The notes under the pieces are model-generated. The model saw nothing but the letters and a program-made list of their open reading frames with translations, was not told the DNA's origin and searched no databases. From NCBI RefSeq assembly GCF_031769215.1, contig NW_026782462.1, positions 992,001 to 1,056,000 on the forward strand: a stretch of 64,000 bases of DNA, written 5' to 3'. The translations under genes and the position numbers were made by a program. Source of the stretch: Ylistrum balloti (taxonomy: Eukaryota). Of this stretch, positions 42,203-55,170 are shown piece by piece (position 1 is the stretch's first letter; the number at the start of each line of letters is the position of its first letter).

Positions 42203-42549
42203 ACAGGACGCGATAACGACCCGCGAAGGTAAGAGACGTCCATATCTTGATAAATGGTCATTTTGTAAACATAATAATCCTCGCCCCCAAAAGAACCTAA
42301 GACGGGTAGGGTTTACATTGGCCTGGACGATTTATAGGTGTGTATACCGTCCGATCATTAACGCACATTGTCCGAACTTTCTAACGAGGATTTTCTCTCT
42401 TTCTTCACAGCAGGGACATCTTTCTTAATCGTCCACTTAATTCGAATTCACTGTTGGACACTGAATTTGGTGTGAACTTTATAACGGCGTGTGAAATAAT
42501 TTCCTTAAGATACGAATCATCATTCACGGATATTGCACGAGACTGATCG
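42203..42549 (+). other. Two spliced exons (42203-42228 and 42411-42549) of an unidentified gene or lncRNA
   Basis: ttatttcacag|26 nt|gtaaga; 182-nt intron with CTAAC branch point (42381) and long pyrimidine tract ttttctctctttcttcacag; 139-nt exon then |gtaagt. Joined open frame reads TGRDNDPRSRDIFLNRPLNSNSLLDTEFGVNFITACEIISLRYESSFTDIARD*. Confidence 0.55.
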
Positions 42550-42869
42550 GTAAGTGACATATTCCTTATATCTGATACTTGCCTACAATGATATATCAAA
42601 TATGTTGATACACCGCATAAGTGATTTTATAGGCTATCTCGCATGTCTCGTTTGATAAACTACATGTAAAATGTCTATACAGTATAAACTTGTATTATAT
42701 AATACACAGTATGTCAGTCCAAATGTACGATATGTCTGTACCGTTTGAACTACTGCATCTATAAACATATATATATGTTGTTTCAATGGCAGATAACATC
42801 GATAAACAGTTCTATTTGAACGATCTAATTCTCGTTAAAACAAGAAAACAGTTCTTTTAAAGTATAACA

Positions 42870-43140
42870 TCGTACAAACGTCGTTAGTTTGCCTGTTGGT
42901 TTGGTTCCGTATTTTTATACCTTGTTCTCACTTTAGAACGCGACATTACTCACTTGGATTGACAAGGTTAATGTAAGCAGGTGTTTTTAATGAAGCACAA
43001 GCCGCTTTCACTTCCGGAACACCTGGAATTATTCTCCTTGTACTTTTTCATGAGTCCCTGTCTTTCATTTGTTCCTAGTTTGCCATAGCTTCATTGGATT
43101 TGAGTTTGGATTATGATTATGATTGACTGGATAGTATTTT
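42870..43140 (+). mobile_element. 3' tail of the Penelope-like family
   Basis: GTTAGTTTGC..TATACCTTGTT..ACTTGGATTGACAAGG..GGTGT..TTCCGGAACACC..ATTCTCCTTGTAC aligns by eye with 54790-55040. Confidence 0.7.
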
Positions 43141-43460
43141 TTGTTTTTGTTTTGTTTTTGTTTTTTGTTTTTGTTTTTGTTTTTTTTTGTACCTGTACAT
43201 GTATACACAATATATTATGTTTCACTGCTGGTGAGATACATTTACACGTGTACAAGTATATAATACATTATACAACGCGTGGTTAGTGACCAATCCATGT
43301 TATCCCAGGGACAATAGTGGTTTAATAGTGTATAATTATTCAGACATAGAAATAAAAAAGTGTTTCGTAATTATTTGTTATGGAAGTATCATGACATTAT
43401 GTATAAAGAAGTCTATATATAGACACCATAACACATAACTATGGTACTGAGCAGTTTGCT

Positions 43461-43640
43461 GGAATGAGATTCAGTGTTAAACTGGTCCCTTTGTGATATT
43501 ATAAACTTGGTCTACATTACGTATTTTGTGGAGTGAGATTCAGTGTCAAACTGGTCCCTTTGTGATTTTCCAAACTTGGTCTACATTACGTATTTTGTGG
43601 AGTGAGATTCTTCCAAACTTGGTCTACATTACGTATTTTT
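43461..43640. repeat. 69-bp tandem repeat, about 2.5 copies
   Basis: GAGATTCAGTGT at 43466 and 43535; the third copy has an internal deletion. Confidence 0.88.
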
Positions 43641-44041
43641 TTCTTCACCAAGTTTGGAATACCGCAAAGACCAGTTAAAAGTATTACAAGTGTTAGTGAA
43701 AACTACAATAGAATGATATGTAGAGGAAGTAATATGGTCTAAAATTAAGTGACTACTTTTTTTACAATGTTTGAGATTGCAAAGGCGTTGCTTTGCATTG
43801 TAGACACCGCCTGTGTCCCCAATGTTTGCTCTAATTTGCATACCACGTTATAATTTACTCGAATAGTGACATTGTTCAGGATTGCATTTTATGTTCATCT
43901 AAAATTATCAGATATGTGAAAATTCCGGAATGAATTGAATAATGAAGCTGCTGCATTTCCCTATCTAGACTTTGAAATATCTTTTGATTACTTTCGATTT
44001 TCCTTGTCGCCTCCTTGGTTTCAAAATTAAGCACTTAGCTT

Positions 44042-44076
44042 CACAGACGAGTTCTTGAGGGACGAAACAGCTTTAC
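44042..44076 (+). ncRNA. Decayed hammerhead ribozyme motif, same family as 11158
   Basis: CAGACGA-GTTC ttgag GGAC-GAAAC-AGCT-TTA. Shares GGACGAAACAGCT with the 11.16-kb copy; core U4 and the stem III G are mutated. Confidence 0.4.
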
Positions 44077-44149
44077 AACCTGAATTTTCTGCATCTAACT
44101 CTAACTTTGTATTAAAATCTGTTTTTCCTGTATGTACGTTTTTCTTTTA

Positions 44150-44460
44150 AACATGTTCTGTGTACTTTGTACAATTTCAGTTTACATTGTACAAGATCCG
44201 TGTTCATTGTACGAGTTCAATGTACTTTGTACATGTTCCGTGTACATTGTACAAGCTCTGTGTACTTTGTACAAGTTCCGTATACATTGTACAAGCTCCG
44301 TGTACTTTGTAAAAGTTCCGTGTACTTTGTACATGTTCCGTGTACATTGTACAAGCTCTGTGTACTTTGTACAAGTTCCGTATACATTGTACAAGCTCCG
44401 TGTACTTTGTACATGTTCCGTGTACATTGTACATGTTCCGTGTACTTCGCGTGTACTGGA
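44150..44460. repeat. 20-bp minisatellite (GTGTACWTTGTACAAGYTCC), about 15 copies
   Basis: Visible array; explains six overlapping ORFs. Confidence 0.95.
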
Positions 44461-46914
44461 CAATACTTATAGGCTGTTTTAAAAAAACCCGCTCGAGTAC
44501 GTTGAAAAAATGTGACAAAAAAAAAAAAAAAAAAAAATAAATAAATAAAATGTTGATTTAGAATTTTACCGACATCACGGACTATTTCCGAGAAAATCGT
44601 TCAATATTGCAATTAACCTATAATGGATTGACACCTTTTATTTGTTTGAATCGATATGGAATAGAATAGTCTGATCCTAACTAAAATTTCCTACATTATG
44701 TCAATAGTGATTCGAATGCGGCAAAAGCCAGAAAATACGACATTTATAACAATATGTATAATCACTAGAGATTTAACACCAACAAACCTAATATAGAGCT
44801 TTATCCCCTAATCATTTAATTATCAGTCATACCTATATATTATCATCACTACATTAGTGAGTGTTGCCGATACAGTATGTATAGTGTAGAATTAAAGAGT
44901 CTATTCATTTCATGCACTAAATAAATAGGGTCTTACATCAGAATGTGTTCTTCGCAGTGAGGTATTTACCATCATAACAGTGAGTTACTGTCGATCTGTA
45001 TTCTTTTTGTGTGGTTTTGTTGATCGCTATCAGTATCTTTGTTATTATTCCTAACAATCACATGTATATACACCTAGCAGACATTTAGGAACACGAATGG
45101 GTGGTCGTCTCTCTTGTCGTGTACATTCCAACATATTAGAAACAAACATTAATGGATTTATGAACGTAAATGTATTAACAGTGATTATGGGAAAACCCAA
45201 TCTCAGCTAACATCAAATCTGTGTTACACAAGATACAACGACTTCCACTTGGATCTTAATAAACGAAGCTGTTATGCTATCCCATAAAATTGAATTATGA
45301 TAGGAACCTGAAGGCTGCTTGAAGCAATCACAGAGATACTGACAAAGTTATGTACACGCCAGGGTTCACCTTATCTTAATGATATAAATAACGTCTTCAA
45401 CGTGTAAGAAATGGTTTTATGTTTATATCAAAATTGTTATAAAGTTCTAGAAAGATGTTCAATGATGTTATTTATCATCACGCAACCATTCTGAGAACTC
45501 TGGAAAGATCTAAACGGGAACACCAAGGTTTTTATCCCAACACCAGGAGGAATATGTGTGGGTATACAACTTAATAGTTGTATGATATCTGATGTAACAA
45601 AAATTTTTTAATCTTGCTGAAAAATAAAATTAATCACAATATCATGTAAAAATCAATGTGTTATTATATACTATTTACAAATGTGATGATTAATGGTAAA
45701 TTATTGTGCAAAATACACACAAGTCAATAGTACCTTTCAGTACAAACTTAAAGTCAGATACAGCAGAGTCAACTTGTTTGATAAATGTATCATACAAATG
45801 TTTTATCCTTTCGGGACTCGTCACACGGGGAGAAAGCATTGATATGATTGTAAACTAACTCTCATTCTATAGACATCGGCAGCAAATTACTTTTGCGAGT
45901 GTCAACTTTAATACCATGTAGATATAATCTGGCTATGTATCCCGGTATTAAACATGACGTGGATATATAGTTTGGAACGCATTTTATTACGAACAACATG
46001 CAATGTCAAAATTTAACAGAATCTGTTTTGAAATAGTCAAATTGAATTTCTGTATAATTTAAGGGCTGCGTTGTTTAGAGAGAGAAGATCGTTGCGTGGT
46101 TACCTTTTCAGTACGTGGCATCCTTTGATAAAGTTTGGATTTAGTAATTAATGGTAGCAATAATTGATCGTCAGCGGATGGTTTACAGAATCGTTTTATT
46201 AAGAAATTCTTTTACTTGAACTTCAAGTCCTATAATTCTAAATTTGCTTTCCATGTAAATATAGTACAAAGATGTCATTTTCACACAACGACACAGGAAT
46301 TCGAAATGATCTATTAAGACTAAATACGTTTCTGGCGCGGAATTAACTAGCAAAACACTTCATCCTCGCGTGTTTTTATATGGAGCGCTCTACAGTTATA
46401 TTCATTTAAATGTCTAATGAAAGAAAACCCTGTAAAAGTACTCATGGGAATAACAAGGAAATCAACGAGATGATGTAGGTATACATCGTGTGATGTTCGT
46501 CATACCGTTACCAGGAACATGTCTCTGTCTAGAAATCAAATTCATGATTAGACAAGTCGAAATCATACGTGGAATTCAGTATCGCAGGAAGGACAGAAGA
46601 AATAAAACCGCTAAGGGTATGGCAAGGGATCTGCCTCTAGTCCATGGGGAGGGCTAAATCATTTAATATTCTGATCACTTCCGCAGGAGGCAAACAAATC
46701 GATGTACACATATATTGGTTTTCTGTATTTGGTAACTATTATCTGGCTTGGTTTCTGGAAAGCAAACTGTCACAGTTGATATCTTTTAAACGATTGTTTT
46801 TGTCGCCATACAACTTCTAGGGAGTTCCAGGTTGTGTGAGTTTGTAGTCATAAGTATGATTATCTAAAAACATACAATGCATCAACACCGATCTGTCGTT
46901 CGATTTAAGCATGC

Positions 46915-49570
46915 TGAGTGAGTCTGTTGTTAGCGAAAGTCGGATAAGGTGATCGGGACGGGGTGGGCGAGTGAGTCTGTTGGTAGAGAGAGTCGGATAA
47001 GGAGATCGGGACGGGTCGGGGAGTGAGTCTGTTGTTCGAGGGAGTCGGATAAGGCGATGGGACGGGGTCCGGAAGTGAATCTGTTGTTAGCGAGAGTCGG
47101 ATGAGGAGATCGGGACGGGATGGGGGAGTGAGTCTGTTGGTAGAGAGAGTCGGATAAGGAGATCGGGACCGGGTGGGGGAGTGAGTCTGTTGGTAGAGAG
47201 TCGGATAATGCGATCAAGACGGGGTGGAGGGAGTATGTTTATAGAGAGGGTCGATTACGGAGATCGGGATGGAATTTGGGAGTGAGTCGGTTGTTCGAGG
47301 GATTCGGATAAGGAGATCGGGACGAGATAGGGGAGTGAGTCTGTTGGTAGAGAGAGTCAGATAAGGAGATCGGGACGGGGTGGGGGAGTGAGTCTGTTGT
47401 TCAAGGGAGTCGGATAAGGGGATCGGACGGGGTCGGGGAGTGAATCTGTTGTTAGCGAGAGTCGAATGAGGAGATCGGGAAGGGATTGGGGAGTGAATAT
47501 TTTGGTAGAGAGAGTCGGATAAGGAGATCTGGACGGGGTGGGGGAGTGAGCCTGTTGGTAGAGAGTCGGATAATGCGATAGGGACGAGGTGGGGGAGTGA
47601 GTCTATTCGTAGAGAGAGTCGATTAAGGAGATCGGGATAGGATTTGGGAGTGAGTCTGTTGTTAGCGAGAGTCGGATAAGGGGATCGGGACAGGGTGGGG
47701 GAGTGAGTCTGTTGTTCGAGGGAGTCGGATAAGGTGATCGGGACGGGGTGGGGGAGTGAGTCTGTTGGTAGAGAGAGTCGGAAAAGAAGATCGGGACGGG
47801 ATGGGGGAGTGAGTCTGTTGTTCGAGGGAGTCGGATAAGAAGATCGGACGGGGTGGGGGAGTGAGTCTGTTGTTTGAGAGAGTCGGATAAGGGGATCAGA
47901 CGGGGTCGGGGAATGAGTCTGTTGTTCGAGGGAGTCGTATAAGGGAATCGGACAGGATGGGGGAGTGAGTCTGTTGTTAGCGAGAGTCGGATAAGCAGAT
48001 CGGAACGGGGTGGGGGAGTGAGTCTATTTATAGAGAGGGTCGATTAAGGAGATCGGGATGGAATTTGGGAGTGAGTCTGTTGTTCGAGGGATTCGGATAA
48101 GGAGATCGGGACGGGACAGGGGAATGAGTCTGTTGTTCGAGGGAGTCGTATAAGGGAATCGGACGGGATGGGGGAGTGAATCTGTTGTTGGCGAGAGTTG
48201 GATGAGGAGATCGGGAAGGGATAGGGGAGTGAGTCTGTTGGTAGAGAGAGTCGGATAAGGAGATCGGACGGGGTCGGGGAGTGAATATGTTGTTAGCGAG
48301 AGTCGGATGAGGAGATCGGGAAGGGATGGGGGAGTGAGTCTGTTGGTAGAGAGAGTCGGATAAGGAGATCTGAACGGGTATTGGGAGTGAGTCTGTTGGT
48401 AGAGAGAGTCGGATAAGGTGATCGGGACAGAGTGGGGGAGTGAGTCTGTTGGTAGAGAGAGTCGGATAAGAAGATCGGGACGGGATGGGGGAGTGAGTCT
48501 GTTGTTCGAGGGAGTCGGATAAGGAGATCGGACGGGTATAGGGGAGTGAGTCTGTTGGTAGAGAGAGACAGATAAGGAGATCTGGACGGGGTAGGGGAGT
48601 GAGTCTGTTTTGTTGTTCGAGGGAGTCGGATAAGGGGATCGGACGGTGTCGGGGAGTGAATCTGTTGTTAGCGAGAGTTGGATGAGGAGATCGGGAAGGG
48701 ATGGGGAGTGAGTCTGTTGGTAGAGAGTCAGATAATGCGATCGGGATGGGGTGGAGGAGTGAGTCTGTTCGTAAAGAGAGTCGATTAAGGAGATCGGGAT
48801 AGGATTTGGGAGTGAGTCTGTTGTAAGCGAGAGTCGGATAAGGGGATCGGACGGGATGGGGGAGTGAGTCTGTTGGTAGAGAGAGTCGGATAAGGCGATC
48901 AGGACGGGGTCGGGGAGTGAGTCTGTTGTTAGCGAGAGTCGGATAATGCGATCGGGACGGGGTGGGGGAGTGAGTCTGTTGGTAGAGAGAGTCGGATAAG
49001 GCGATCGGGAGGGGGTGGGGGAGTGAGTCTGTTGTTAGCGAGAGTCAAATAAGGGGATTGGAACAGGGTGGGGGAGTGAGTCTGTTGATAGAGAGAGTCG
49101 GATAAGAAGATCGGGACGGGATGGGGGAGTGAGTCTGTTGTTAGCGAGAGTCGGATAAGAAGATCGGGACGGGGTGGGGGAGTGAGTCTATTGGTAGAGA
49201 GAGTCGGATAAGGCGACCGGGACGGGGTGGGGGAGTGAGTCTGTTGGTAGAGAGAGTCGGATAAGAAGATCGGGACTGGGTGGGGGAATTAGTCTGTTGG
49301 TAGAGAGAGTCGGATAAGGCGATCGGGACGGGGTGGGGAATGAGTCTGTTGGTAGAGTCGGATAAGGCGATCGGGGCGGGTCGGGGGAATGAGTCTGTTG
49401 GTAGAGAGAGTCGGATAGATGATTGGACGGGATGGGGAGTGAGTCTGCTGGTAGAGAAAGTCGGATAAGGCGATCGGGACGGGGTGGGGAGTGAGTCTGT
49501 TGGTAGAGAGTCGGATAGTGCGATCGGGACGGGGTGGGGGAAGTGAGACGGGCTGGGGATGTGAATCGGG
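46915..49570. repeat. G-rich 52-57-bp minisatellite (GAGTGAGTCTGTTGGTAGAGAGAGTCGGATAAGGNGATCGGGACGGGGTGGGG), roughly 49 copies
   Basis: Visible, strongly G-biased on the + strand, with interspersed unit variants. Confidence 0.97.
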
Positions 49571-52500
49571 TGGCTGGAATGAGTCCGTTATTAGATCATT
49601 GATTGATCTGATTGGACATCCAAAATGTTTTGTAAAATACGTTCTACATTGGCAAATGCTTATAATAACCGAATTGGTTAAATGACAAGTGTACAAGCAA
49701 GGAGATATCATTGAATCTCCCTACGTGTTCATTCGAAGTCAGTGTCTATTGTTAAATTTTGTATCTGGCTTTATTTTTATGTACATTATGAGTCACATAG
49801 GTCATTGATAAAGTACCATTCCGATTTGTATCTTTATAACAAAACGGTCAAAACCTTGCCTCAGAAACCAGAACCGTGGAACAAGTCAATACTTCTGTAT
49901 CCTTCAACATATTTTGAAAGTATTGCCTTGTATAGGGTATATAGTTTGAAAAAAGCCGGGTTTTGTGTGCTGTCTCCTGGGATAGTCTCAGAGGCAATGG
50001 AGAAAGCGACATCTGTTTTTATGACTAGAAAGGAGTGGGGCTGGCATTTGTTTCAATGGTGGTGCTCTGTTGCTAATGCAGATGTACTCTACACGGGCAC
50101 AGCAATCATTTTAAACTACAGCAGTACTTTATCTTTCGGACGGTTCTTTGAGAATTAGAGTCAGTGTGTCCTTACATTGGACGTGTACATATATAGCTAA
50201 ACTTTTTAAATCTAGAAGTTAATTTCGAAAGTGCAATTTCTGAAAAACAAAAGTACAAATATATTCCCTTACTCCGAATGAAACAATGATCATGTAATTT
50301 GTCGCGTCCTTTTTCAGATTCAACGTTAAACCCAGGTCTCCAAACCTCTGTGATAGTAAGTGTATTACTGTCTTTACAGTGTCGACAGCTGTCTTGTTAC
50401 ATTACCTTCTTTACAAGTATCTCCTAGTGTTCCCCTGTGGTTACCCGTCTTCTGTTGTCTTCTTAACGTGCCCGCGTAGTGCTGAATCGTACATATATGT
50501 AGGTATGAAATATATGGAAGTACATAATGTAGATAATTAAGGACATAAGCATACGGAATAGTTGTTATCAAACATTTATTTCACGGTTGAGATTTCTGAA
50601 GTATTTATTCATGACATTAAATCGTTAGTATGTTTGATCATTCGCCAGTGATATCTGATATCTGAATATGTATAATATATATATATATATATATATATAT
50701 TGGTGTCTCTTTGAACTTCAAGACTTTTCAATCTGTCGCACATGCCGATTTGTCAGTTGAAGTCATTTCCTTGTCCGTACAGCCTCGATCACAATGTACA
50801 TCCGTCTTGTGATTTTGTCCTTTACGAAACGCACAAACGTAGAGTCGTTACACTGAAGCGATTTGTTAAAGAGTTTCGTGTCTTCCGTGTCCCTTACAAT
50901 TACCGTTTGGTGCAAATGTAAGCGGTTTCTTTGTCATTCAAGATCGTTACATCTTCTGGTGGTGCCATTTTTAGTAACTTCCTTGTCAACCGTGCCTGTT
51001 AATTAATGTTGTGTGCCGATTGCCTCGCCCTCAATTCCCCTTACTTTTCTCCGTGTCTGTTACAAATATACATATGTACTTTACCATGGGACATCGTTTT
51101 AACCGATTTCCCTGTCCTTTGTTTCCGACATTTTCTATTAGTGTCGAGTTAAGCAATAACTTTCCCTTGAGCCTGTGACTTTACATTATGGTTTTCGTTT
51201 TGTGAAGTTGTGCCCTTGAACAATCACTTAATATGATTCTTGCATGTTCTAGCTTTGTGTTATAAGGCATTGTTAATGGTGATCTTTCTTAAATGTTGTT
51301 TGCAGTATTTTCGATGACGTAATTTGCCTTCTAGTTTCATCTGTTGGCGCTCTTCCGTCTTATCGATTTCTCTTCGCTACTATTCTACATGTTGATATTC
51401 TATGTCCTCATTCAAAGTAGTAGTTTGGTGTCAAAACATGCTTTGACGTGTTTTGTATAGTTGTTCGAAACAGATTCGTCTGTGTCATTTCCAGTACACT
51501 GAAAAACATTCTTCACAATACTTAAACCATATCATAGGTCCTAGAAGACTGCATACTCTAAAACCTAACTATATGTAATAACAGGGTTATGGAAAGTTAT
51601 GGTCACACAAAACGAGCCATATCATATACTGTACAAATGGTCCGGGATATCTACCGCATATCTGTCTAACGAAAGAATTATATAATAGAGGTACACTATT
51701 GCATGTCGGCCAGCGTGTTGCAAAATGTCTTCTTTGACTTAATCGTCAAATTACCTTATAAGTCCATCTTACCTGAAGAGAGTCTCCACTTAAGTAAATA
51801 AAATCATCGCGATATCACTCTTGTCAGCTTATCGTCTTGAAATATTAGAAGGCAATTGGGAGAACGGATTATTTTTGTGCCAATATGCGAAATTTATGTC
51901 TTGGGAACACTTTGGTGCGTGCAAATCCAATCATGGCACGCGATACATTGCTTATTATATTAATTCAATGTAATTTCGTATTGATTTTCAAGAAACATTT
52001 AGAATGTTACGGTTGATTTCGACATTACTGTTATCTCGGGAGGAATTTAACTCCAGCCCATAATGTTAAAGGTCAGATAGGGCAATGCTGAGTCCAATTA
52101 GATTATGTAATACCAGACACGGAGACAAAGTCCAGGTACTGTGTAAGTGGTCTGACTACTGCTTTGTGATATAATTGGTTTTTATTTTGATACGATGTAT
52201 CATATTGTTCAAGTAGATGTTTTTCGTAATTACTGAAACAACATGGCTGCCGTTTATTCTGTCTTACGAATACATTTCGACGATAGGTTTTGAAATTGTT
52301 CATTGGATAGTGCTGAAACCGACAGTTTGGTCGGAAGTTTTTAGAATCCTAATGCAATGTTACTGAAACGGGTAATCTGCAACAGACCTCGCCTTATATG
52401 TATCACAGAAGAGAAGGTTTACATACCATTGGTACTAGGGCGTGCTTATAATTCCGGAAATATCAGATATGATGTCAGATTTCAAGCTTTTAGTCTCAAG

Positions 52501-52714
52501 GACATTTCACCGACTTTAATACTTTTTCTACATATCTTCCCGTGAAATTCCTGGACGGGATCATCGAAGCTGTTCCTCGGCAGCGAAAGCAAACATCGAT
52601 AACTGCGTTGATCTGTTATCACCTAGATTATTAATTTAAGAGAGATGTAATTTGATAACCTAGATAAACACTATAACAGAATCATTCTTTTTAATTTGTA
52701 CTTATGTTTAAAGG

Positions 52715-53091
52715 CCTAAAGAAAACATTTACGAATGGGGCAACGTATTTTTAGAAACTTTAAGTGGCATAGATTTTCCTCTAATATAAAGCTTTAATCT
52801 TTGCCGACGAAATATCTTGATTCACGATTACTTCATGTTCTTCCATAAAAGGTAGATTTCCTATCACCTATCATAGGCATAGACCATGTTTTAAACTTAT
52901 TTACATATCAGATCCAAAGGTTTACACGTAAATTAGGTCTCGAATGTTTAGAAATATTTTCTAGGGCAGTTACTGATTTTTCGAGGCACATATAATGTAT
53001 GTATAGTCCTACACTGGTATTGGTCTAACGTGGATAAGTAAACCGGATAATAGCCATTCGTTTTCAGGTAAAAAAAATAAACATCTTTAGG
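52715..53091. mobile_element. Possible decayed MITE
   Basis: Imperfect terminal inverted repeats CCTAAAGA...ACGAATGG (52715-52738) and CCATTCGT...TCTTTAGG (53054-53091); no clear TSD. Confidence 0.3.
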
Positions 53092-54129
53092 AACAGGCGT
53101 AAACGTATATCACAGAAATCCAACCTAGATTATAAAAACAATTTTAACTTACTTAATATTAGCTGTATTTTATTGCATTTATCAACGGTTCTGATATATA
53201 GTTATGTAGTATAATTATCTTGTATATCTACAGTATATGTATTTATATATCTAGATTATAGCGGCACCCGAATCGATCCGATCAAGTTTACATCGATATC
53301 AATAGTGACGCAGTTCATAAAATATACATGTACTTAAAGTTCCTTTTATGTAATCCAATAACGGACGATTATAATTCTAACTGAGAGACTTAGAACACTT
53401 CCCTATATCTATTCCATTTTGGTGACGTTACCAAAGTTTCTATACGAATTTAAGTCTCTTGTATCTCTTACGGATCCTGAAATTTAGTATAGTCACTTTT
53501 CTTCAATCCTATCCGACAAAACCGCTGCTTGAACTTGTATTTTGTTGCCGAAAAAAATTAATGTTGCCTGTGAATCATTTATTAACAATTATGGATTTGA
53601 TTTTTAGGGAATAATGTATGTTTCTGCAGTGAAATTTCATTATCCACACAAGCATCAGTATTATACAAAGAGACATATCTCTTTTATCCTGGATATGTAG
53701 GCCCACGCTTTACCTGTATGCCATTTCCTTGTCATGCCATAGGGGAGAGTTCCCCTGTTAAGAGAAGGGTTCGACGTTACCACAATAATTCAATGATGCT
53801 GAGTAAGCCCTCAGATAACAATATTACATTTGTACATATATGGAAATAGATAAATTCGCGTTCATTCTAACCCTAACCCTAGGGTCAACCTGGCAAGAAC
53901 CGGCAACATAATGTTTACCTGCTTAAGAATCCCCCCTAGAAAAGATGACTGTAGCTGCAAGATTAGCATTGCCATAGCCAGCCAGGAATGCTTATGCATT
54001 AGATGGATTCTAGATTGTTACCTTAGCTTTTATACAATACTTCTTACATGCTCGAAAATCTCAGAAAGTTTGAAGAGATGAATTGGTCAAACGATTTATT
54101 TGCGTTCAAATAAAAGATGAAATAGATGC

Positions 54130-55170
54130 AGGGCGTAATCATAAAGAATGACCAAATGCCTGGTTGACAACATATTCGTTGAGTTTGATAGTAAGATCTT
54201 CCAACTGACCATTGCATACATATAGGAAATAACTATGCCCCTCTGTTGGTTGGCTAATATTTGTTTTCATACAAGGCTGAATTAACGACCTTGCACAGTC
54301 GTTTAATATCATTTTCTGATATATTAATGACGTTTTGTCCTAAAATAACACGTAATTTATTGACTACGTACATAGCATGTATCCGCCAGAACAGGAAATC
54401 AAAGATACGACAGACACTTCTACATCAGCTGCTTATTTCAATTTACAACGTAACTAACACAGTAGGCACGTAGACAGTTTTCCATCAAGCTGTGTGATCA
54501 ACGGGATGATTTCAATTTGTCTATAGTGAATTTTCCATTTCTGAATAGCGGTATCCATGCATCTCCAAATTATGCTATTTACATGTCACAGTTGATTCAA
54601 TAATCAAGTGCCTGTTCCCAGTATCACGATATTCGTTCAAGAAATTGTCAACTGACTGACAAACTCGTAACACAAGATGCAAGTCGACGAAAATTACGGG
54701 GAAAATTTATGGTTGTCATAGTGATCCCATAGAAATCTATCACTGAGATTACATTTCTTTGTACGACATGAAGCTGGACGTATTTCATTCTCGTTAGTTT
54801 GCAGGTTGGTTCCGTTGTTGTATACCTTGTTACCTTTTGAGAACGTGACATAATATACTTGGATTGACAAAGGTTTATATGGCGGGTGTCATTGATGATG
54901 CAGAAGACGCTTACTCCTCCGGAACACCAGGTCTCATTCTCCTTGTACCTTTTTCAGGAGTCTCCGTGTAAATCATTAGTTTGTATATATTTGCCCTGAT
55001 GTTGTGGAATTTCAATTTGAATTATGATTACGTTGATATGCTGGTATTTCTTTGTTGTTGTTTAGTAAATTTGAGCTTGGGTTATGATTACGTTGACATA
55101 CATGTTGATATTTTCTTGTTGTTGTTTAGTAAATTTAAGCTTGGGTTATGATTATGTGATATGTTGATAT
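54130..55170 (+). mobile_element. Penelope-like retroelement (Naiad-like, C-terminal RT) 3' fragment plus 3' tail
   Basis: Decayed translation: LVDNIFVEF..., NNYAPLL, YINDVLS (YIDD catalytic motif mutated), YPPEQEIKDTTDTSTSAAY, KLCDQRDDFNLSIVNFPFLNS, YMSQLIQ*SSACSQY, GKF. This is followed by a non-coding tail, with no C-terminal GIY-YIG evident. Confidence 0.8.

Noticed and set aside
44132-44540. Six overlapping ORFs
   Set aside because: Artefacts of the 20-bp array.
49742-50158. 138-aa non-repetitive ORF
   Set aside because: No recognisable motif or splice context; a rough estimate says about one ORF of this length is expected by chance in 64 kb.
50700-51510. Decayed coiled-coil-like coding trace on the minus strand
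   Set aside because: Many stops in all frames and no diagnostic motif.
53867-53885. Telomeric repeat (CTAACCCTAACCCT)
   Set aside because: Only about 2 units; too short to call an interstitial telomere.
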